Shown: in pieces, positions 18,810 through 25,726 of the stretch
Position numbering within the stretch: position 1 is the first letter of the stretch
How the letters are laid out: each line of letters starts with the position of its first letter
Assembly (NCBI GenBank): GCA_946185305.1
Contig: CAMHJE010000002.1
Location: 9,263 to 73,262 of the forward strand
Reading direction: 5' to 3'
Source of the DNA: an uncultured Clostridia bacterium
GTDB lineage: Bacteria; Bacillota; Clostridia; Christensenellales; CAG-138
DNA: 64,000 nucleotides
Program-made: the position numbers and the translations under genes
Notes under the pieces: generated by a model
Database searches by the model: none
What the model saw: the letters and a program-made list of their open reading frames with translations, nothing else
Told to the model about the DNA's origin: nothing

Positions 18810-19985
18810 TTACGGGACTAAAATGACATCGAACGCCGCATCGTCCGGGAAGATCAGCAGCAGCATATCGATACTCACAGTCACGGTCTCAAGCGATGGC
18901 TGTGCGTTCAGCACGGAAAGGTCGCGCACATTGCTGTGCTCCAGATGGAGGGTTTTAAGGCTCGGCAGAACCGGCAGCGTCGAAAGGTCCACGCGTTCGC
19001 ACCCCGCAAGGTTCAGTTCGTTCAGCAGCACAAGCCGATTGAGCGCGGCAAGCGACTGTACCGGCTGCATGAGAAGAGAAAGCGCCTTTAGATACGGCAT
19101 GCGCCCGATCACGGAAAGATCCTCGACAGGACCCGTCAGCGGCTTTGCGCCGTTTACGGCGTATGCGCCGTCTGTGAAAGCGACACCGGATAAATCGTTC
19201 AGCACCATCGTGCCGCAAAAATGCAGTTCCGTCACGCCGCCGAGATCGGACAGTGTTATATCGCCATCAGGAATACCCAGCGCGTTGCGCACCGCTGCTT
19301 CCTGCTTTGCATCGGGGAACGCGACCGTATCCATGCCGGGAACATACGGTGTCGCCGTCGGCTCCGGCGTTTCGGTCGGCACAGGCGTGGGGGTCGGCGT
19401 CAGTCGTGCCGTAGGTACGGGTGTCGGGTTTGGCAGGAGATAGGCGTCCAATCGACCGGTCATAAGCGCATACAGACCTGCCGCTGCAGCGGCAAACAGC
19501 AGCATCGCAAGCACAAGCATCAACCAATCAAACCGCAGTTTTTCAAACGGCTTGCGATAATATGCGCGCGTGATCTGTTTGCAGGAAAGAATGGTTTCGG
19601 CACGCGCAGATGCATCGGAACTGGACGAAAGCCTTGTGCATTGTGAAAGCAGATCGTTCCATTCTGCGTTCGGCGCCGTATCCGAAAGCGGCAGCAGCAG
19701 AACCGGCTTCTTCAGAACAAGCGCTGCTTCGATCTCGCTTCGGCAGTTGGGTGAAGCAAAAGCTGTTTCGGAAACAAAGAACAACACCATAGAGCAGCTT
19801 TGCATATGCTCTTCGATGTTCTTCGGCCAATCGCTGCCCGCCGGAATGCCCTCGTCGTACCACAGTCGCAGTTTGCGGTTGTGCAGCAGTGTAATGGCTT
19901 TCAGAACCGCTTCGGAATCGCGGTGCGAATAACTGATGAAAAGATAGGGACGGCGACCCTCATATGGCTTAAAGTAGACGCTCAT
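18810..19985 (-). CDS. TIR domain / single TM / PT-linker / LRR ectodomain protein (391 aa)
   Basis: Canonical bacterial TIR_2-type motifs: RPYLFISYSHRDSEAV, RLWYDEGIPAGSDW, MVLFFVSETAFASPNCRSEIEAAL (candidate catalytic Glu at aa 84). TM WLMLVLAMLLFAAAAAGLYALM, then PNPTPVPTARLTPTPTPVPTETPEPTATP, then FPDAKQEAAVRNALGIPDGDITLSDL followed by LRRs. The ATG overlaps the upstream stop (ATGA). Confidence 0.8.
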   Translation of the reverse strand: MSVYFKPYEGRRPYLFISYSHRDSEAVLKAITLLHNRKLRLWYDEGIPAGSDWPKNIEEHMQSCSMVLFFVSETAFASPNCRSEIEAALVLKKPVLLLPLSDTAPNAEWNDLLSQCTRLSSSSDASARAETILSCKQITRAYYRKPFEKLRFDWLMLVLAMLLFAAAAAGLYALMTGRLDAYLLPNPTPVPTARLTPTPTPVPTETPEPTATPYVPGMDTVAFPDAKQEAAVRNALGIPDGDITLSDLGGVTELHFCGTMVLNDLSGVAFTDGAYAVNGAKPLTGPVEDLSVIGRMPYLKALSLLMQPVQSLAALNRLVLLNELNLAGCERVDLSTLPVLPSLKTLHLEHSNVRDLSVLNAQPSLETVTVSIDMLLLIFPDDAAFDVILVP

Positions 19986-20791
19986 GATCCGCCTCCCGTC
20001 AGCACGATATCATACCGTTCGAGAAGCGGAGCGGCATCGACCGCGTTCGTCTGATTCAGTTCAATTCGGGAAAGATTGGAAAGCAGGGCAAACTCATCCG
20101 TGCGTTCGGGTAAAGTGTCAAAACGAAGTGTCGTAACCGTTACAATCGACTCTTCGGTGATCGGTTCGCCGCTGAGCGCGTCGCGTACCGCTGCAGTCAG
20201 AACGGGATCGGAAAAGAAAACAGTATCACCATTTTTTTCGATCGATGGCGCGCGAAGACGTCGTACAAGAACCGCTGCGCCGATCAGCAGAAACGCCGCG
20301 GCGACAATTGCGGCTGCGATCGCAAGAACAGCCTTTTTGCGAACGGGCAGCGGAGGGCCGATCAACTCATGCGAAAATCCGTCTGCATGGAGCAATGCTG
20401 CTTCCGCCGCATCGACGCTGCACAGCTTGATATGCACTGCGCGCGAATCCAACCCCATGGACAGCGTGCTTTCCGCATTATCTACGTCGACGCTGATGAT
20501 CGGGATGCTTTTCTCCTGACAAACGAGTACTGCGCTCTTTACCGCCTGATCCGTACGCGCACGTTTGGTTTGATACAGAACCACAAGCCGTGCCTTGCGC
20601 ATACGCGCATCGCGCCGTTCGCGCTCTGCTACGGTGCCGCTGTGCCCCGTGGGGTACCAGATGCGGCAGCCGCGTTCGTACAGCCGTCGAAACAGCGGCC
20701 GCAGCCGATCTTTATCCGCATCTGAAAAGCAAAAATACAGATACGGCTGATCGCCGCCGTACGGCGGAAAAAGCTCCGAAAACCTCGCCAT
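19982..20791 (-). CDS. TIR-like domain / single TM / short LRR-type ectodomain protein (269 aa)
   Basis: QPYLYFCFSDADKDRLRPLFRRLYERGCRIWY parallels the PYLFISYSHRD...WYD motifs of the neighbouring TIR. TM AVLAIAAAIVAAAFLLIGAAVLV. C-terminal DPVLTAAVRDALSGEPITEESI... LRR-cap-like segment. ATG 20791 is preceded by GGGGAGGA. Confidence 0.6.
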   Translation of the reverse strand: MARFSELFPPYGGDQPYLYFCFSDADKDRLRPLFRRLYERGCRIWYPTGHSGTVAERERRDARMRKARLVVLYQTKRARTDQAVKSAVLVCQEKSIPIISVDVDNAESTLSMGLDSRAVHIKLCSVDAAEAALLHADGFSHELIGPPLPVRKKAVLAIAAAIVAAAFLLIGAAVLVRRLRAPSIEKNGDTVFFSDPVLTAAVRDALSGEPITEESIVTVTTLRFDTLPERTDEFALLSNLSRIELNQTNAVDAAPLLERYDIVLTGGGS

Positions 20792-20825
20792 TCGTATCCT
20801 CCCCGCGCGCTCCGCTTTTGCTTCT

Positions 20826-20869
20826 ATACTACCAAAATATATCGTATACGCAAATGCTGTTTCTGTCAA
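20826..20869 (-). promoter_or_regulatory. candidate promoter of the TIR-LRR/SLOG operon
   Basis: On the minus strand: TTGACA (20864-20869), 17-nt spacer, TACGAT (20841-20846). A second TGgTAGTAT extended -10 lies at 20826-20834. Confidence 0.4.
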
Positions 20870-20991
20870 TCCCAAATGTAAAAAGCGCCAGAACTGTTAC
20901 AGTTTCAAGTCAGACGCCATGCGTATCCATCTGCTTCCGTACCGATGGTTCCGCGCTCCTTCATTTCCTAAGAGCGGTTCTCAATCGGTGC

Positions 20992-21018
20992 AAAGAAAAA
21001 GGCGCATTGCTGCGCCTT
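20992..21018 (-). terminator. orphan Rho-independent terminator (minus strand) in intergenic region
   Basis: Perfect 8-bp stem aaggcgca / tgcgcctt with a ttgc loop. On the minus strand it is followed by TTTTTCTTTG. No annotated minus-strand gene lies upstream of it. Confidence 0.5.
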
Positions 21019-21164
21019 CGAGCATCTTGTCTGATATTCAAAAAACATGCGGAGAAAACACTCTGCTTTCTCCACATATCCTTAGCCCTTACTGCAAAGC
21101 CCGATATGGATTATTTGCTTCCTTATCGGTGTCCCGCAATACCGGGCTTTTTTCGCATTGAGAA

Positions 21165-21193
21165 TTGACAGCCGCAGACGAAGCCGCTATACT
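21165..21193 (+). promoter_or_regulatory. sigma-70 promoter of mscS-like gene
   Basis: TTGACA (21165-21170), 17-nt spacer, TATACT (21188-21193). Confidence 0.6.
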
Positions 21194-21284
21194 GAAATCG
21201 AAGAAAAAGCAAGCTATGGGCTTTTTGCGTTTGCGGTAGCTTCACCTGCCGGCCGCATTTTTACACCCTCGAAAGGAGACTCCC

Positions 21285-22160
21285 ATGAAAAAAAGAAATC
21301 CTCTGATCCGCGTCGCCGTCCTTTTGGTGATCGGCGTGCTTGTGTACATCTTAGGCCGCAGTCTCGGCTGGATCGACCCGGTTCCCAAGCTCCAATGGAA
21401 CGGGGAACGGATCGTCAACGGGCTTTTGCTGCTGCTCGGCCTGCTGATTCTGGAGGGCATCGTGAGCTTTATTCTCGACAAGCTCAACCCGAAGGGCAAC
21501 CGCACCAAAACGCTGATCGCGCTCGGCCGGAACATCATGCACTACGCGGTCGTGCTGCTGACGATCTGCATCCTTTTGACGATGCTGAACGTGGATATCG
21601 TGACGATTCTTTCCGGCCTCGGGATCATCGCGCTGATCATCGGCTTCGGCGCGGAAAGCCTGATCGCGGACGTGGTGACCGGCATGTTCATTCTGATGGA
21701 CAACCAGTATAATATCGGGGACATCATCGAGATCAACGGCTTCCGCGGCACCGTCACGGACGTGAGCGTCCGCACGACCGTGCTGACCGACGTGGGCGGC
21801 AACGTGAAGATCATCAACAATTCCGACATGAAGAATATTCTGAACCGGTCGGACAATACCTCCCGCTCGGTCGCGGAATTCGGTATCCCGTATGAAACGG
21901 ATCTCGAAGCCCTCGAGGAGAAGATCCCGGCGCTGCTGCAGAGCATCTATGACGCGCACCGCGATCTGATGAAGGATGTGCCGGTGTACGTCGGCGTCGA
22001 TCAGCTCGGCGACAGCGCTGTAGTGCTGAAGTTCGTCGTCGAGGTTGCCGAAAAGGATATCTACGCGGGCGCCCGCGTGCTGAACCACGACCTGTTTATC
22101 GGCATGCGCAAGCTCGGCGTCGAGGTGCCGTTCCCGCAGGTTGACGTGCATCAAAAATGA
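21285..22160 (+). CDS. mscS: small-conductance mechanosensitive channel (MscS family)
   Basis: Three N-terminal TM helices, then IIGFGAESLIADVVTGMFILMDNQYNIGDIIEINGFRGTVTDVSVRTTVL, the MscS beta-domain signature. AAAGGAGA RBS. Confidence 0.85.
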   Translation: MKKRNPLIRVAVLLVIGVLVYILGRSLGWIDPVPKLQWNGERIVNGLLLLLGLLILEGIVSFILDKLNPKGNRTKTLIALGRNIMHYAVVLLTICILLTMLNVDIVTILSGLGIIALIIGFGAESLIADVVTGMFILMDNQYNIGDIIEINGFRGTVTDVSVRTTVLTDVGGNVKIINNSDMKNILNRSDNTSRSVAEFGIPYETDLEALEEKIPALLQSIYDAHRDLMKDVPVYVGVDQLGDSAVVLKFVVEVAEKDIYAGARVLNHDLFIGMRKLGVEVPFPQVDVHQK

Positions 22161-23503
22161 AGCGCGTACACGACCTGCTGGGGCTCCCGCCCGAATACCA
22201 CGAGGACGGGCCGCCCGAATATACGACGCCGCCCGACGAGTATAACCGCTTCGCGCCGACCGAGCCGCCCGCCAAGGCGGGCAAGTCCCGGATGGTGAAG
22301 ATGCTGCTGCTCGCTGTGGCGGGGTTGTCGCTGCTCGGCGTGGCGCTGCCGGGTTTTTCGCTTGTGCCCCCGGCCGAACCGGAGCCGACGCCCGCCGCTG
22401 TTTCCCCCACCCCCGCGCCCGCCGTGGCGGTCGTGCCGGAGGAACGGTATACGGTACAGGCGTGGCACGAGCCGCCGTCCGGCGCAAGGGTCACGCTCAC
22501 ATGGGAAGGCGTCGGTGAAAGCGCCGACGGCGCCACGGGGCTTTCGGTGCCGGAGGGCGCGCGCGTGCGGCTGTCCTATGTCCCCGCGGTACCGTACACG
22601 ATGGAGGATGTATCGCTCGGCGGCGTGATGCTCGACGGCGCGATCACCCAAACCGACGACCCGCTGCTGTTCACGGTCGGCAAGGGCGGCGGCGTGATCC
22701 ATTTCTACCTGAACTACCCGTCCGATGGAGCGCCAACACCCACGCCCGAGCCGACGCCGGAGCCAACGCCTGCGCCGACGCCGGAGCCGACGCCCGGCGT
22801 GACGATCACCTATTACCGCCGCTCCGCGGTCTACGAAGCCTTTGCCTACTGGACGATGCCGGAGCAGATGGAATCGGTGACGGTTCGGCTGACCGATCCC
22901 TATATGGGCACGATCTTCGAGCATGAACTGACCGCCGAGGAGGTCGCATTCGGCTATTATGAGCTGAACCATTTTGACCTGTATAACTATCTGTTTACGA
23001 ACGGCTTTTCCTTCGACAATCTGCCGTCCGACTACGATCCGAACCCGCTGCTGGAGGTGACCTACGCATACGGTGAAAACGGGCCGGCCGGTACGGAAAC
23101 CGCCGAAGCCGCATATGAAATGTGGGTCAATCTCTCCTACGACGACCCGGACGATGATATGTCGTGGATATGGGGCAGCTACTATCCCGACTGCTTCGTG
23201 GTGCGCATAGAAGACCGGCTGAACTATGATGGGCTGAAGATCTATTACGGTGAGCAGGATGAGCTGTCGCCCGGCGACGTATGGGTAAAGGTCACGGTGG
23301 ACGGACAGGATATTCCGGCGGAGACGTGCCGGTTGGTGCTCGAACCGTATGAGGAAGCGAACGGCGAGGTGTACTATGCCTACACGTTCGTCATGCCGCG
23401 CCCCGACACCTTCCCCGAACACGGCACCGCGCACTTTGTGATCACGCAAAAGCTTGTGCATTACGATACGACGGTAACGCGCGAGCGGGATTATACGTAC
23501 TAA
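22157..23503 (+). CDS. hypothetical single-pass membrane protein with Pro-rich N-terminus and PT-rich linkers
   Basis: ATGA overlap with the mscS stop. TM MVKMLLLAVAGLSLLGVALPGF. PTPTPEPTPEPTPAPTPEPTP linker. No recognisable catalytic motif. Confidence 0.5.
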   Translation: MKRVHDLLGLPPEYHEDGPPEYTTPPDEYNRFAPTEPPAKAGKSRMVKMLLLAVAGLSLLGVALPGFSLVPPAEPEPTPAAVSPTPAPAVAVVPEERYTVQAWHEPPSGARVTLTWEGVGESADGATGLSVPEGARVRLSYVPAVPYTMEDVSLGGVMLDGAITQTDDPLLFTVGKGGGVIHFYLNYPSDGAPTPTPEPTPEPTPAPTPEPTPGVTITYYRRSAVYEAFAYWTMPEQMESVTVRLTDPYMGTIFEHELTAEEVAFGYYELNHFDLYNYLFTNGFSFDNLPSDYDPNPLLEVTYAYGENGPAGTETAEAAYEMWVNLSYDDPDDDMSWIWGSYYPDCFVVRIEDRLNYDGLKIYYGEQDELSPGDVWVKVTVDGQDIPAETCRLVLEPYEEANGEVYYAYTFVMPRPDTFPEHGTAHFVITQKLVHYDTTVTRERDYTY

Positions 23504-23516
23504 CCAATATGATACG

Positions 23517-23546
23517 CAAAAAGGACGCGCGCGGCGCGTCCTTTTA
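23517..23546. terminator. bidirectional Rho-independent terminator
   Basis: aaaaaggacgcgc-gcg-gcgcgtcctttt: 9-bp GC stem (23522-23530 / 23534-23542) flanked by A-run and T-run, between convergent genes. Confidence 0.8.
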
Positions 23547-23563
23547 TGATACTCCTTTGATCT

Positions 23564-24568
23564 TTACAATAAAGTGATTCCCGCCTCGGCGGCCGCCCTG
23601 CGCTGCTCATCGGGCCAGACGGAAACCTGCACCTCCCCGATATGCGCTTTGCGGAGGAAGAACATACAGATGCGGCTTTGCCCGATGCCGCCGCCGATCG
23701 AAAATGGCAGCTCGTCGTTCAGCACAGCCTTTTGGAACGGCAGCTTGGCGCGATCCATGCAGTCCGCCGCTTTCAGCTGCTCACGCAAAGCCGCGGCGTC
23801 CACGCGCACGCCCATTGAGGACAGCTCCAGCGCGATATCGAGCACCGGATAGTAGGCGAGAATATCGCCGTTCAGGGTCCAGTCGTCATAGTCCGGCGCG
23901 CGGCCGTCGTGCCGTTCGCCGTTGGAAAGCCGCCCGCCGATCTGCATAAGGAACACCGCGCCCTTTTCCTTGGTGATCGCGTATTCGCGCTCGCGCGCGG
24001 ACAGGTTCGGATAGCGATCCAACAGCTCCTGCGCCGTCAGAAAATAGATATCCTTCGGCAGAATTTCCTCAATATAATCGTACTGCACGGCCATATACTT
24101 TTCGGTCTTTTTCAGCGCGCGGTAGACGCGGCGCACGGTCTCCTGCAGCGTTTCGAGCGTACGCTCCCCGCGCGCGATCACGCGCTCCCAGTCCCATTGA
24201 TCGACGTAGATCGAATGGATATTGTCCATGACCTCGTCGCGGCGGATCGCGTTCATATCGGCATACAGGCCCTCATGCAGCCCCATGCCGTAGCTGTGCA
24301 GCGCCATCCGCTTCCATTTGGCCAGCGACTGGACGATCTCGACCTCGCGCGCGTCCATGTCCTTCACGTCGAAGCGCACGGGGCGCTCGACGCCGTTCAG
24401 ATTGTCGTTGAGGCCCGATTCGGGCGTGACAAACAGCGGCGCGGAGACGCGCAGCAGGTTCAGCTCGGCGGCAAGCCGTGCCTGAAAGAAGTCCTTGACG
24501 GTCTTGATCGCCACCTGCGTGTCGTGCAGCGACAGCGCGGAGCGGTATCCGGCGGGAAAAGTCAGCAT
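23564..24568 (-). CDS. asnA: aspartate--ammonia ligase (asparagine synthetase A)
   Basis: 334 aa. N-terminal ...TQVAIKTVKDFFQARLAAELNLLRVSAPLFV and class-II aaRS-like motifs typical of AsnA (GGGIGQSRICMFFL). Confidence 0.85.
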   Translation of the reverse strand: MLTFPAGYRSALSLHDTQVAIKTVKDFFQARLAAELNLLRVSAPLFVTPESGLNDNLNGVERPVRFDVKDMDAREVEIVQSLAKWKRMALHSYGMGLHEGLYADMNAIRRDEVMDNIHSIYVDQWDWERVIARGERTLETLQETVRRVYRALKKTEKYMAVQYDYIEEILPKDIYFLTAQELLDRYPNLSAREREYAITKEKGAVFLMQIGGRLSNGERHDGRAPDYDDWTLNGDILAYYPVLDIALELSSMGVRVDAAALREQLKAADCMDRAKLPFQKAVLNDELPFSIGGGIGQSRICMFFLRKAHIGEVQVSVWPDEQRRAAAEAGITLL

Positions 24569-24583
24569 GAAATCCTCCTTGGG

Positions 24584-25330
24584 TCAATCGAACAGATACG
24601 ACAGCATCCGTTCCGGGTGGTTCAGAAATTCGCGGTAGACCGTGAAATGCTCGGTCGCGCGGTAATCGACGCGGTGCATTCCCTCGCCGGTCAGCTCCCA
24701 CACCTCCGCGCCCGGAATCGCCATCAGGATCGGGGAGTGCGTGGACAGGATGATCTGTGAATCCGCATCCGCAAGCTGCTTCAGCTCGACCAGCAGCGTC
24801 ATCTGCTTTTGCGGGCTCAGCGCCGCCTCCGGCTCGTCCAGAAGGTACAGCCCCTGCCCGCCGAAGCGGTGCTGCACGGCGGCAAGGAAGCTCTCACCGT
24901 GCGACTGCTGATGCAGCGATACGCCGCCGAAGCCCGTGATGATCGGCCCGCCCGATTCCGGATCGGCGTCGTGCTGGTCGATATAGGTCGCCATGTTGTA
25001 AAAGCTCTCGGCGCGCAGGAAAAATCCGTCGCGCGGGCGGCGGCGCTTCGCAAGCCGAATGCAGCGGTACAGCCCGGAATGGGAATCCTCGGTCGAAAAC
25101 GTAAAGTTCAGCGTGCCGCCCTCCGGGTTGAACCCGTAAGCCACCGCGACGGCCTCTAACAGCGTCGATTTACCAGTGCCGTTCTCGCCGCACAGCACGG
25201 TCACGGGGCTTGACAGCCGCCATTCGCCGTTTTCGATCAGCCAGCGCACGGCGGGGATCGCCGAAAGGTAGGAATCCTCCCCCGGCGGCTCGCGCAGCAG
25301 CACCCGATCTATATATAATCCGTTCGTCAT
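24584..25330 (-). CDS. AAA/ABC-like ATPase of unknown role (COG3910-type predicted ATPase)
   Basis: Walker A GENGTGKST, signature-like QQSHGESF, Walker B LYLLDEPEAALS, H-loop STHSP. 15 nt upstream of asnA. Confidence 0.6.
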   Translation of the reverse strand: MTNGLYIDRVLLREPPGEDSYLSAIPAVRWLIENGEWRLSSPVTVLCGENGTGKSTLLEAVAVAYGFNPEGGTLNFTFSTEDSHSGLYRCIRLAKRRRPRDGFFLRAESFYNMATYIDQHDADPESGGPIITGFGGVSLHQQSHGESFLAAVQHRFGGQGLYLLDEPEAALSPQKQMTLLVELKQLADADSQIILSTHSPILMAIPGAEVWELTGEGMHRVDYRATEHFTVYREFLNHPERMLSYLFD

Positions 25331-25382
25331 GGCGACAGTATAGCGGATTTGCCGCGCGTTGACAAGTATTTTATATGCGAAA

Positions 25383-25409
25383 ACCGGAGGGAAAAAATCC
25401 CTCCGGCTC
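25383..25409. repeat. hairpin repeat copy 1 (accggagggaaaaaatccctccggctca)
   Basis: 8-bp stem ccggaggg / ccctccgg. A near-identical copy lies at 25688-25714. A second hairpin ctcagcgtgtcaaaa / ttttgacacgctgag (25406-25439) follows immediately. Confidence 0.8.
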
Positions 25410-25687
25410 AGCGTGTCAAAAAACTTTTGACACGCTGAGGGAGACCGCCAAGAAAGAGTTCAGAAGCCGGAATTTCCACTCCGCTTCGCTTCGTTACAGA
25501 TGTGCCGTCGCGCGCTCCCCGCGCGTCGCCATCAGCCGAAGGCTATACTCAGCTATGCCGAGGCTGAGAAACCGGCTAATTTTCGGCATAAAATCAAAGA
25601 AACGGACGTTTTTTCGCCCGTTTCTTCCTGCCGATTTTTGTATACAAAGTCCGCCGAAAATGGTCTGGGCCTTTATTGACGGTCTGA

Positions 25688-25714
25688 ACCGGAGGGAAAA
25701 ATCCCTCCGGCTCA
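25688..25714. repeat. hairpin repeat copy 2 (accggagggaaaaatccctccggctca)
   Basis: Direct repeat of 25383-25409 with one A fewer in the loop. Lies 13 nt downstream of the lipoprotein gene stop (minus strand). Confidence 0.8.
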
Positions 25715-25726
25715 TGCGGATCCACT

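Noticed and set aside
19370-19440. Short periodic Pro/Thr-coding repeats (also at 22730-22800 and 55640-55700) as possible CRISPR or satellite arrays.
   Set aside because: They are in-frame low-complexity linker-coding repeats inside ORFs. They have no spacer-repeat organisation.
14925-19985. Reading the LRR proteins as ordinary secreted internalin-like adhesins or virulence factors.
   Set aside because: - They have no N-terminal signal peptide and no LPXTG or other wall anchor.
- The N-termini carry TIR(-like) motifs followed by a single internal TM helix.
- The genes are operonic with SLOG/HD genes rather than with sortase or secretion genes.
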